From Dehalococcoidia bacterium (GTDB taxonomy: Bacteria; Chloroflexota; Dehalococcoidia; Lucifugimonadales; UBA3495): DNA of 64,000 bases. Made by a program: the position numbers and the translations under genes. The notes under the pieces are model-generated. The model had not been told where the DNA came from and made no database searches. It was given only the letters and a program-made list of their open reading frames with translations. Position 1 is the stretch's first letter; every line of letters begins with the position of its first letter. Below, piece by piece: positions 17,829 to 26,332 of the stretch. The DNA is taken from NCBI GenBank assembly GCA_965261355.1, contig CBDHDK010000002.1:130456-194455 (forward strand), written 5' to 3'.

Positions 17829-18740
17829 ATGGAACTCACGGGCAACTGGTTTGCCGAAAGCGTCACCCCGGACCTTGCCGTAATAGCAAGGTTGCGGGCT
17901 GTAATTTTTTCCGGGAGCACCGCTTACCAGAAGGTGGAGGTTCTGGACTCGTACGAGTTCGGCCGAAGCCTGGTTCTCGACGGGAAAACGCAGTCCACGG
18001 AACTGGACGAATTCATCTACCACGAATCGCTGGTGCATCCGGCGATGCTGTGCCACCCCGGTCCGAAGAGCGTCTTCATCGGAGGCGGAGGAGAGGGCGG
18101 CACGCTGCGAGAGGCACTGGCGCACCGTTCGGTGGAAAGCGTCACGATGATCGACCTGGACTCCGAGGTCGTTGAGTTGTGCCGGCAACACCTGCCCGAC
18201 CACCACAAGGGCAGCTTCGACGACCCGCGCCTGACCCTGCTGCACGAGGACGCTCGGGGCTACCTGCAGTCGGAGGGCAACGGCTTCGACGTGATGCTGA
18301 TGGACTTGGTGGACCCGCTGGAGGGAGGGCCGGCCTACCTGCTGTATACCGAGGAGTTCTACCGGATCGCGAAGAGCCGGCTGAACCCGGGTGGTGTGCT
18401 GGTAACGCAGTCTGGGCCCGTGGGTCTGCCCAACCACAAGGAATGCTTCACCACCATCTTCCACACACTGAGCGAGGTATTCGCCCACACGGCGGCGGTA
18501 CAAGTACACGTGCCCGCATTCGAGACGCTGTGGGGATTCACCATCGCCTCCGACGAACCTCTACGCCCTCTGACCGGATCTGCGCTCGACGCCGCGATTT
18601 CGGGGCGGATCAACAATGCGCTCCGGCACTACGACGCGGAGACTCACCAAGGGATGTTCGCGCTGCCCAAGTTCCTGCGTGAAGGCATCGCCGGGGAAAC
18701 ACGGATCAACCGGGACGACGCCCCGGTCTTCATGGTCTAG
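17829..18740 (+). CDS. speE: spermidine synthase (polyamine aminopropyltransferase)
   Basis: 303 aa with LDGKTQSTELDEFIYHE, GGGEGGTLRE and DLVDP motifs. It immediately follows speH. Confidence 0.9.
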   Translation: MELTGNWFAESVTPDLAVIARLRAVIFSGSTAYQKVEVLDSYEFGRSLVLDGKTQSTELDEFIYHESLVHPAMLCHPGPKSVFIGGGGEGGTLREALAHRSVESVTMIDLDSEVVELCRQHLPDHHKGSFDDPRLTLLHEDARGYLQSEGNGFDVMLMDLVDPLEGGPAYLLYTEEFYRIAKSRLNPGGVLVTQSGPVGLPNHKECFTTIFHTLSEVFAHTAAVQVHVPAFETLWGFTIASDEPLRPLTGSALDAAISGRINNALRHYDAETHQGMFALPKFLREGIAGETRINRDDAPVFMV

Positions 18741-18862
18741 CGTTTCCGCACGATCTAGCGTTCAGCGACCACGCCTCGCGGCCGGGCTCCGCTCCCCAGC
18801 CTTCTCCCCTTTCTGCCTTCATTCCCAGCGACCCATCTTGCTTCGCCATGGCCCCCGGCGAC

Positions 18863-18891
18863 GAAAAAGGGGCGCACTCATGTGCGCCCCT
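18863..18891 (-). terminator. intrinsic terminator of the TPR-protein gene
   Basis: Perfect hairpin AGGGGCGCAC-tcat-GTGCGCCCCT. On the minus strand it is followed by TTTTT. Confidence 0.6.
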
Positions 18892-18923
18892 CGACATCTC
18901 GGCCATACGCGAGCTTGTGTCGG

Positions 18924-19724
18924 CTATTCGCTCCAGGCTGGCTGAAGCTCCTCTTCGTCGATCAGGTTTTCAAATTCTTCATCGTCGTAGGAGGCGTCCT
19001 CGTCCGCCAGGCGGTCGGCCACGTCGGACTCGCGTTCGGAGCGAGTTTCCAGCGACGCAGCGGCGCGCGTGGGGAACGACGCAACGTTCAGCAGTCTGCG
19101 GTTGCGATGGGTCTCGTGGATGGTGATGCTGATGCCTTTGTCTCCGATGCCAATGATGGCCGCTGCGTAGGTATTGCCACCCTCAATGAGGCGACTCAGC
19201 CGGTGGCCCAGCTTGGGGTCAACCTGGCCAAGGAACCGCCCGTCTTCTGCGTACACGTTAAGGTGGTGATGCTCCAGGCACAGCGACACTGGGTCTCCGG
19301 GAGACAGCAGAGCCAGCGAGAGACCGCGTGGCGTCTGGCACAGCAACGTGGTGGTCGACTTGCCGCTTTCTCCGATGAACAACTGGGGAGCACCGGTTGC
19401 CTTGCGGGCCTGCCGCGCGGTGGCGACCGAGTTGCTGCGCATCTGCTCAAGGCGGGACCGATTCTTGCGAGCGATATTGTTTTGAGGGGAAACCTCGCTC
19501 AGACGATCCAGCACACTGCCGGCTTCATCAAAGTTGCCGGTCTCAATGAGGGCCTTGGCGAGCCGGTTCATGACTTCCGCGTCATCGGAGTACTGCTCCA
19601 AGATTGCCCGGTTCACTTGTGCCGCGCGCTCCCATTCGCCTTTCAGGGCGAGGCCCACTGCCTCACGGTCCAGGGTTCGCCTGAACTTTGCTCCGTTAGC
19701 GGCGGCGTGTAATTCCGTACTCAT
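18924..19724 (-). CDS. TPR-like N-terminal domain protein with acidic C-terminus, unknown function
   Basis: I prefer the start MSTELH at 19724 (GGAGA RBS). The N-terminus holds helical repeats (GEWERAAQVNRAILEQ..., AEVMNRLAKALIETGNFDEA) and the C-terminus is DE-rich. Confidence 0.6.
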   Translation of the reverse strand: MSTELHAAANGAKFRRTLDREAVGLALKGEWERAAQVNRAILEQYSDDAEVMNRLAKALIETGNFDEAGSVLDRLSEVSPQNNIARKNRSRLEQMRSNSVATARQARKATGAPQLFIGESGKSTTTLLCQTPRGLSLALLSPGDPVSLCLEHHHLNVYAEDGRFLGQVDPKLGHRLSRLIEGGNTYAAAIIGIGDKGISITIHETHRNRRLLNVASFPTRAAASLETRSERESDVADRLADEDASYDDEEFENLIDEEELQPAWSE

Positions 19725-19951
19725 CTTTCTCCATCCCATTTCTTGGCGCCCAAGGCTGCCATGCCGGTGGCGATTTCCGCATCTCCCTCTGGACGCGGAC
19801 CGGCCAGACATCGCCTGCTGGGGTCAGGTTTCGCAACGTTGCTTATTACAGTGTCATCATTCGGCAGTGGAGGGTCAATAGCAAAATCGTGCTGATAATG
19901 TGGATTTTCCAGGGGATTTTCGTGAAAAAAGAAGAGACGCCGTGCCGATTT

Positions 19952-20692
19952 TTATCGCCGGGAAAAGCCCCGATGAATCCACCTGATACGCAATAAATCC
20001 ATAGTCATCGAAAGTGCGTCGCGTAGGGGCCTCACCTTGCTGTGTTCGCGGTAATGCCAGTCGACGCCGATTTCTGCAATGGTCATGCCGGAACGTCGTG
20101 CAAGATACAGCACTTCGACGTCGAAAGAGAACCCATTCAGGGACGCATTTCGGAACAGAGTTTCGGCGGAGTCGGCGCGGAAGCACTTGAACCCGCACTG
20201 GGTATCGGCCAGCCCCACGGCCGCCATACGACGGACAAGGCCGTTGAAGACGCGGCCCATCAGGTGCCGGCGGCCGGGCTCGCCGTAACGGGCGGCTCCG
20301 GGGGCTTCACGCGAGCCAACTGCTACGTCCACGCCCGTGGCATGCCCATGAAGCAAGCGTTCCACCTGCTTGATGGGGACAGACAGGTCGGCGTCGCAGA
20401 AGAGACGAAATTCGCCGGTGGCGGCCAGCATCCCGTTCCGTACCGCCCATCCCTTGCCGCGATGCTCGAGAGGCAGCACCCGAACGCGCGGGTCGCCAGC
20501 CGCCGCTTCGGCCACGAGGCGAGCGGTGCCATCAACGCTGCCGTCGTCGGCGACTACGATTTCCCACGTGTATTCGCAGCCGACCAGATAGTCAACGACC
20601 TCGCGCACCGTGCGAGAGATACGGCTCTCCTCGTTGTAGGCCGGAATGACGACGGACAAGCAGGGAGTGGAGGACGGCGGATTCTGGCTCAT
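19952..20692 (-). CDS. family 2 glycosyltransferase (dolichyl/polyprenyl-phosphate beta-glycosyltransferase-like)
   Basis: 246 aa with LSVVIPAYNEE, VADDGSVDGT and a DAD motif. Confidence 0.85.
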   Translation of the reverse strand: MSQNPPSSTPCLSVVIPAYNEESRISRTVREVVDYLVGCEYTWEIVVADDGSVDGTARLVAEAAAGDPRVRVLPLEHRGKGWAVRNGMLAATGEFRLFCDADLSVPIKQVERLLHGHATGVDVAVGSREAPGAARYGEPGRRHLMGRVFNGLVRRMAAVGLADTQCGFKCFRADSAETLFRNASLNGFSFDVEVLYLARRSGMTIAEIGVDWHYREHSKVRPLRDALSMTMDLLRIRWIHRGFSRR

Positions 20693-20751
20693 GCCTGTGC
20701 CCTGGTTGTTCCGGCGCCCACGACTACTACAGACGGGGAATAGCGAACGCG

Positions 20752-22647
20752 CTATGCCCGGTCAAGCTGGAACCCTTCGTGCAGCCGGGCCACCGCGCCC
20801 CGCAGCTTTTCGCCGGGGATGATGCAGGTGAGGCTGATTTCGGAGGTGGTAATCATGTCGATATTGACGTCGGCGTCGGCCAGCAACCGGAACATCCTGG
20901 CGGCGAAGCCTGGCCGGACCCGCATTGCCGACCCCACGATGCTGACGGCGGCTATCTCGGTGTCAACGTCGACGTCCATTGCGCCAGCACGATTCGCGGC
21001 GTCTTGTATCGCTGCCCGAGCGGCCGGAAGGTCGGCGCTGCTGACGGTGAAACTGATGTCGGTAGCAGGCTCGGCGCCGGTATCCTGAGGGGCCGTGTTC
21101 TGCACGATGGTGTCGACGCTGACGCCTGCCTCGCTCAGCGGAGCGAAGAGGGTACCGGCAAGGCCGGGCTGGTCGGGCACGCTTCGCACGGTAATCTTGG
21201 CAATCTTGTCCTTGTAGGCCACCCCGGTAATTTTCAGCGGGGCATCTTCAACATCGCCAGACCCCTTCACGTCCTCCGGTAGCGTGCCGGCGTGCGGGTC
21301 GAAGGGTTTGTCGTGGAACCCAAAACTGTCGTTCAGCCCACGGACCGCCTCGACGGCGCTTTCGTTGGAGATAATGCAGGTGGTGCTGATTTCGGAAGTG
21401 GAGATCATGTCGATGTTGGCGCGCCTTTCGCCGAGGGCGCGAAACATCTGGGAGGCAAAGCCGGGGCTGTTCAGCATGCCCGACCCGACGATTGCCACCG
21501 CACCGCTGTCCGGCTTGCCGTCCACCCCGCCGGTCGCGCCCGTGGCTAGGGCCGTTTCCCTCACTTTATCCAGGGCGGTCTCAAAGGCTGCGCGATTTAC
21601 GGTGAAGCTCACGTCGGTTGCGCGGTTGCCGCCGGTGTTCTGCACGATGGTGCCGACGTTAACTCCGGATTCCGCCAGTGGTTCGAACAGGGCGGCGACC
21701 ATGCCCGGTTCATCGGGCACGCCCTTGACGGTAATTCTGGAAACATCGCCGCGGTAGGAAATGCCCCGTACCCTGATGCGGTCTTCAATCGCCTGCCTCG
21801 AGGCGCCATTCTTGCCCTCTGATTCGCATGACGACTGATCGGTCACGGTCCGGTCCTCCCGGGGAGGGCCGGATACTATGGGGAAGCCACCGAATTCTTC
21901 CAGCGAAGTTCCCTGGAGCGCCTTAATCAGCGTACCCGAAGATTTGTTGAAGCTGGAGGCGACCAAAATCGGCACCTGGAACACGCTGCCCAGCTCGATG
22001 GCGCGGGGGTGCATCTTGGCTCCCAGGCTGGCCAGCTCAAGCATCTCGTAATAGGCGATCTCGTCCAGCTTGCGGGCAGCCGGAACGATGCGCGGGTCGG
22101 CCGTGTAGATACCGTCGACGTCTGTATAGATTTCGCAACGGTCCGCACCGAGCGCTCCCGCAATGGCCACTGCGGTGGTGTCTGACCCACCGCGGCCGAG
22201 GGTCGTTATGTCGTCTTCGTCAGTGATGCCCTGGAAACCGGCCACCACGACCACCCTCCCGGACTCCAGTTCCGCCTCCACTCGCTGCACATCCATCCCA
22301 CTGATGCGGGCGCGTCCGAAGGTGGTGTCGGTGTGTATGCCGGCCTGCGGCCCGCTGAGGCTGATCGCATCGCAGTCCATATCAAGGAGAGCCATAGTGA
22401 GCAGGGAACACGAAACCAGCTCACCGGTGGACAGGAGCAGGTCCAGCTCGCGGGCTCGGGGTTCGCGACTCGGGGAAACAGAGCGCGCCCGCGCGATGAG
22501 GTCGTCCGTGGTGTCTCCCATGGCCGATACCACCACCACCACCTCAGACCCCTCATCGTGGGCTTCCTTGACACGCGTGGCGACGTTTCGAATCTTCTCC
22601 ACGTCGGCTACGGAAGACCCCCCATATTTCTGCACTATGCGACCCAT
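20752..22647 (-). CDS. lysC: aspartate kinase with duplicated regulatory (4 x ACT) region
   Basis: 631 aa. The N-terminus IVQKYGGSSV...VVVVSAMGDTTD is aspartokinase. Two successive ACT pairs follow (ISRITVKGVPDEPG... and IAKITVRSVPDQPG...). Confidence 0.9.
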   Translation of the reverse strand: MGRIVQKYGGSSVADVEKIRNVATRVKEAHDEGSEVVVVVSAMGDTTDDLIARARSVSPSREPRARELDLLLSTGELVSCSLLTMALLDMDCDAISLSGPQAGIHTDTTFGRARISGMDVQRVEAELESGRVVVVAGFQGITDEDDITTLGRGGSDTTAVAIAGALGADRCEIYTDVDGIYTADPRIVPAARKLDEIAYYEMLELASLGAKMHPRAIELGSVFQVPILVASSFNKSSGTLIKALQGTSLEEFGGFPIVSGPPREDRTVTDQSSCESEGKNGASRQAIEDRIRVRGISYRGDVSRITVKGVPDEPGMVAALFEPLAESGVNVGTIVQNTGGNRATDVSFTVNRAAFETALDKVRETALATGATGGVDGKPDSGAVAIVGSGMLNSPGFASQMFRALGERRANIDMISTSEISTTCIISNESAVEAVRGLNDSFGFHDKPFDPHAGTLPEDVKGSGDVEDAPLKITGVAYKDKIAKITVRSVPDQPGLAGTLFAPLSEAGVSVDTIVQNTAPQDTGAEPATDISFTVSSADLPAARAAIQDAANRAGAMDVDVDTEIAAVSIVGSAMRVRPGFAARMFRLLADADVNIDMITTSEISLTCIIPGEKLRGAVARLHEGFQLDRA

Positions 22648-22733
22648 AGAATTTTCCCCTGGTCACTGGAAAATGGAACCGGGGTAAATGGAACCGGAAA
22701 TGAAGCGCGCAGAATCTTCGCTGCCTTCAAATT

Positions 22734-23657
22734 CTACGATATCAGATGCGCGCCCAGGGCGGTTGGCTGGGTGACTTTCAGCGTGCCTTCCACGGAGGCC
22801 TGGCGCGCGGCTTCGGCCATCTCGTATGCCACGGTCATTTCGCGCCCCTTGGTCAGGGCCAGCACGGTAGAACCGCTGCCGGACAGGAACGCGCCCAGCG
22901 CCCCGGCATCGATGGCGGCCTTCATCAGCAGCTTCATCGCCGGAAACAGGGGCTGCCGGTATGGCTGGTGAAGCTTGTCCTGGGTGGCCACGGCGAGGTA
23001 CTCCGGATGGTTGGTGGCCATGCCAGCCACCAGCAGAGCGACGCGGGCCATGTTGTGGACGGCGTCGGGCACCGAGAGTTGCTGCGGCAGCACGGCGCGG
23101 GCGTCGGCGGTGGCTATGCGGGTGTTCGGGATGAACAGGACGGCGTGAATCTCGGCGGGCACACTGACCGGCACGGTGTACAGGGTGCTTTCCCCAGAAT
23201 CATCAACGTTGGTGACGACCAGCTGCAGGCCGCCCATGACAGCGGCGGCCACGTTATCGGGGTGCCCCTCGATGGTGGCGGCCATTTCCAGCAGGTCGCG
23301 GGCCGAGAACTCGCCACCCGACAGGGCGTTGGCGGCGGCCAGACCTCCGGCGATGGCGGCGGCGCTGCTGCCCAGGCCGCGGGCGAGGGGTATCTCGTTC
23401 TCGCAGGTCACCCGCATTGGTGGCACGGAGCGGCCCAGTTCGCGGTATAGGAACTCCATGGAGCGGTAGACCAGGTTGTCTGGACCATCCTCCAGCTCGC
23501 CCTCGCCTTCGCCGGAGATGGTCACCGACGGGGTCGCGCCGTTTTCCATCCGCTCCACCTCGACGGTGTTCCAGATGTCGAGGGCCATGCCGAGGCAGTC
23601 GTAGCCCGGGCCGAGGTTGGCGGAGGTGGCGGGAGCGGAAACGCGAACTGTGGCCAT
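22734..23657 (-). CDS. thrB: homoserine kinase
   Basis: 307 aa with the GHMP kinase motifs APATSANLGPGYD and PLARGLGSSAA. The start overlaps the upstream stop (TGATG). Confidence 0.9.
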   Translation of the reverse strand: MATVRVSAPATSANLGPGYDCLGMALDIWNTVEVERMENGATPSVTISGEGEGELEDGPDNLVYRSMEFLYRELGRSVPPMRVTCENEIPLARGLGSSAAAIAGGLAAANALSGGEFSARDLLEMAATIEGHPDNVAAAVMGGLQLVVTNVDDSGESTLYTVPVSVPAEIHAVLFIPNTRIATADARAVLPQQLSVPDAVHNMARVALLVAGMATNHPEYLAVATQDKLHQPYRQPLFPAMKLLMKAAIDAGALGAFLSGSGSTVLALTKGREMTVAYEMAEAARQASVEGTLKVTQPTALGAHLIS

Positions 23658-24796
23658 CAGGGCGACCGGAGGACCTCGTCGAAGATGTAGCGTCCCACAT
23701 CGAGGTTCCTGCCGAACCGGTCCGACGACGAACCGCCGTCGAGTCCCGGGCCGCAGCCGATAATCGGGACGGTGGTCTCGTGGGCCGACCCGTGGGAACG
23801 CAGACCCTTGGGAATGGTCACCTCTGCGGGGTCCCCGAAGACGGTGGTGGCGTCGGCCAGCACCAGGACGTCGCCGATGCGCTCCGGCATGAGGCGGAAC
23901 CGCCGGGCCGCCTCCTCGCCGGGCAGGGCCTCCTCGACTCCTTCCAGGTTGCCGATGGTGTCGAGAGCGGCGTTCAGATCGGCGGAGTCTTCCAGGTGGA
24001 CGTAGATGCAGCCACCGAGGTTGGAGTGGTGGACGACGTAGCGGTCCTTGATGACCGGAATGGCGCGGGCCTTTATGCCGTAGCGGGCAAGCTCTCCCGG
24101 GAGGTGGAGCATTCGGGACTTGTCGGACATGCCGTGGTCGGCGGTCACCAGCATCTGCGCTCCGGGCGCCTGGCCGAGGATGTCGCCGAGACCCTGGTCC
24201 AGGAGCGCGACGTGGCGAGCCGATTCGGGATGTTCCGGGCCGTATGTGTGCATGGCGTAGTCCGTGGTGGTCAGGTAGACCAGGTCGAAGGGCTCACGCG
24301 ACATGGCGTACCGGCCAGCGTCCAGCACCCAACGATTGACCTCCAACGAATAGATGGGCGGAGGTTCCCCCACGCCTGCCACCACCCACCCGGGCGGCTC
24401 TTCGGAGGATATGCTGACGGTGGCGCCATCGCCCGGATATGAACCACCCAAAAGGCGGCGGAGCTTGTCCTTGGCCGTGACAAGCAGGGACCTCAGTCCG
24501 GCTTCCGTGGCACGCTGGAACATGGTCTGTGCGCGAAGGAACTCGCCCGACTCCATGTAGAACTCTTCGCCGCGCGCTCGGTCCAGCCAGTAGTTGGAGG
24601 TTATGCCGTGGCTCTCGGGGTAGCTGCCGGTGACCAGCGACACGTTGTTCACGTTGGTGACGCTGGGCGTCATGCCACGCCCCTCGACCCGGAAACCACG
24701 CCGTGCCATGGCAGCCATGTTCGGCGCTGGGCAGGCGTCCAAGTATTCGGGGTCGAAACCGTCGATCAGCACGACAATCGTTGGACTATTCATCAC
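23657..24796 (-). CDS. alkaline-phosphatase-superfamily hydrolase (nucleotide pyrophosphatase/phosphodiesterase or phosphonoacetate-hydrolase-like)
   Basis: 379 aa with VVLIDGFDPEYL, TPSVTNVNNVSLVTG and TADHGM motifs. The start is GTG 24796 or ATG 24793. Confidence 0.75.
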   Translation of the reverse strand: MMNSPTIVVLIDGFDPEYLDACPAPNMAAMARRGFRVEGRGMTPSVTNVNNVSLVTGSYPESHGITSNYWLDRARGEEFYMESGEFLRAQTMFQRATEAGLRSLLVTAKDKLRRLLGGSYPGDGATVSISSEEPPGWVVAGVGEPPPIYSLEVNRWVLDAGRYAMSREPFDLVYLTTTDYAMHTYGPEHPESARHVALLDQGLGDILGQAPGAQMLVTADHGMSDKSRMLHLPGELARYGIKARAIPVIKDRYVVHHSNLGGCIYVHLEDSADLNAALDTIGNLEGVEEALPGEEAARRFRLMPERIGDVLVLADATTVFGDPAEVTIPKGLRSHGSAHETTVPIIGCGPGLDGGSSSDRFGRNLDVGRYIFDEVLRSP

Positions 24797-24987
24797 ATTC
24801 AGCCAGTCTAGACTACTCCATTGACTACAGCGGCTTCAACTGCTGACTGCAGCGGCTTCAACTGCGCGACCTGGGCGACCTTCTTTTTGTATGCTTCCCG
24901 CAGTGCTCTTGCTTGACAAGCGTTCTCAGGGAGTACGTATAATGTTGCTTGGCTTGGTTGGACCCAGGAGCAACGAGCCGGATTAAA

Positions 24988-25554
24988 ATGCTCTATAACG
25001 TCTCGCAGCTTTTGATGGAGCCAACCGGCTCTACCAGACGGTTCCAGTTGGACGAGCCCATCGCCGTCCCTGACGGCGTGGAAGGCGAGTCTCGCCAAGA
25101 GAATGACGCTGATCGCGGAAGCCGGACCGCCCGGGCGACCGGCACCGTAAAGATGCTTCGAACCCACCAGGGGTTGATGGTGACCGCCACCGTCGAGGTT
25201 GAGATGGCGGCTTCTTGTTCCCGCTGCCTCGTTCCCTGCGACCGCCTTACCACGCTGGCGCTCGAGGAGGAATGCTATCCGACCCTAGACCCGTCAACGG
25301 GCCAGCACGCCGGTCCGCCGGACGAAAGCGAGGGCGTAGTCCACATCGATACACGCCAAATGCTTGATCTGAGCGACGTGTTCCGGCAGTACCTACTCAC
25401 GGACGAGCCGCTCAAGGTGCTGTGCCAAATGGACTGCCAGGGGCTGTGTCCGGAGTGCGGCGCCGACCTCAATTCGGAAAAGTGCAACTGCGAAGAGGCT
25501 TACATCGACCCGCGCTGGGGCGTACTCACCGGGCTAATCGGGAAGGAAGTTTAG
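24988..25554 (+). CDS. yceD: YceD/DUF177 family protein
   Basis: It sits immediately upstream of rpmF. The C-terminal Cys cluster CQMDCQGLCPECGADLN..KCNC is typical of the family. I prefer the ATG at 24988 over 24949. Confidence 0.8.
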   Translation: MLYNVSQLLMEPTGSTRRFQLDEPIAVPDGVEGESRQENDADRGSRTARATGTVKMLRTHQGLMVTATVEVEMAASCSRCLVPCDRLTTLALEEECYPTLDPSTGQHAGPPDESEGVVHIDTRQMLDLSDVFRQYLLTDEPLKVLCQMDCQGLCPECGADLNSEKCNCEEAYIDPRWGVLTGLIGKEV

Positions 25555-25591
25555 ACCTTCCACTCCCGGCAGGATGGACCACCTCACGCCA

Positions 25592-25621
25592 CTGACAAGT
25601 AGGACTTTTACGTTACATAAT
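25592..25621 (+). promoter_or_regulatory. sigma70-like promoter in front of rpmF
   Basis: CTGACA, an 18-nt spacer, then CATAAT (within TTACATAAT), about 75 nt upstream of the rpmF ATG. Confidence 0.4.
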
Positions 25622-25695
25622 GCAGAAATGCGGATGGGCCGCTCTGCATTTGTCAGCCCGGAAGGGCCGGGATACGCTCAGGAGGAACCAGAGAG

Positions 25696-25878
25696 ATGGG
25701 AGCCCTACCCAAGAAGAAACTGACCAGGGCCAGGCAAGGCCGCAGGCTGGCCTCGTACAAGCTGAAGCCGATACACGCGGCCACATGTCCGCGATGCCGC
25801 AACGCTAAACGTCCGCACACCGCCTGCTTGGAATGCGGGTACTACCGGGGCCGGCAGGTACTTCAGGAACGGGTCTAG
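25696..25878 (+). CDS. rpmF: 50S ribosomal protein L32
   Basis: 60 aa starting MGALPKKKLTRARQGRR, with the zinc-ribbon CPRC...CLEC. Confidence 0.92.
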   Translation: MGALPKKKLTRARQGRRLASYKLKPIHAATCPRCRNAKRPHTACLECGYYRGRQVLQERV

Positions 25879-25971
25879 CCTGCCCGCAGGGATGATACCC
25901 TTTTACGCTGGTCGTAACGGCATGCCCTCCAGCGAGACCATCGAGGCGGTTGGGGAAAGCTATACATTGGT

Positions 25972-26126
25972 GTAGCGACACGAGTGGTGTAGCGACACGA
26001 GTGGTGTAGCGACACGAGTGGTGTAGCGACACGAGTGGTGTAGCGACACGAGTGGTGTAGCGACACGAGTCGGACGGGTAGCGACACGAGTCGGACGGGT
26101 AGCGACACGAGTCGGACGGGTAGCGG
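25972..26126. repeat. perfect tandem array: 5 x 17 bp (GTAGCGACACGAGTGGT) + 3 x 21 bp (GTAGCGACACGAGTCGGACGG) + partial unit
   Basis: Read directly from the sequence. The 17-mers start at 25972, 25989, 26006, 26023 and 26040. The 21-mers start at 26057, 26078 and 26099, with a partial GTAGCGG at 26120. All full units are identical within their class. Confidence 0.97.
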
Positions 26127-26217
26127 AATAGTGTAGGTGTGGAGCCGTGTACCTTGCTTCAGCCCGGTCCATACCAGTTCCTAATGTGCATCTTTTTTAC
26201 ATAATGCTTCACTTTTT

Positions 26218-26245
26218 TTGCATTGCAAATTGTTGGTAACATAAT
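26218..26245 (+). promoter_or_regulatory. sigma70-like promoter in front of fabD
   Basis: TTGCAT, a 16-nt spacer, then CATAAT, in an AT-rich stretch about 90 nt upstream of fabD. Confidence 0.35.
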
Positions 26246-26332
26246 TAAACTTCTCCAAAGTGAAATTGAGTCTCCGGTTTCCTCCTGGAGGAGGTAGCTA
26301 CGAATACGACAACATACAGCGATCGGGCATAC

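Noticed and set aside
22671-22707. Lysine riboswitch or leader upstream of aspartate kinase (AAATGGAACCGG repeated twice)
   Set aside because: The whole thrB-lysC spacer is only 86 nt, too short for an L-box. It lacks the conserved lysine-riboswitch helices and is probably just a short duplication.
25875-26172. CRISPR array or repetitive-peptide genes over the tandem repeat (ORFs 25805-26032, 25875-26108, 25960-26172)
   Set aside because: The units are contiguous with no unique spacers, so this is not CRISPR. The 17-bp period is not divisible by three, and the ORFs merely translate the repeat in rotating frames.
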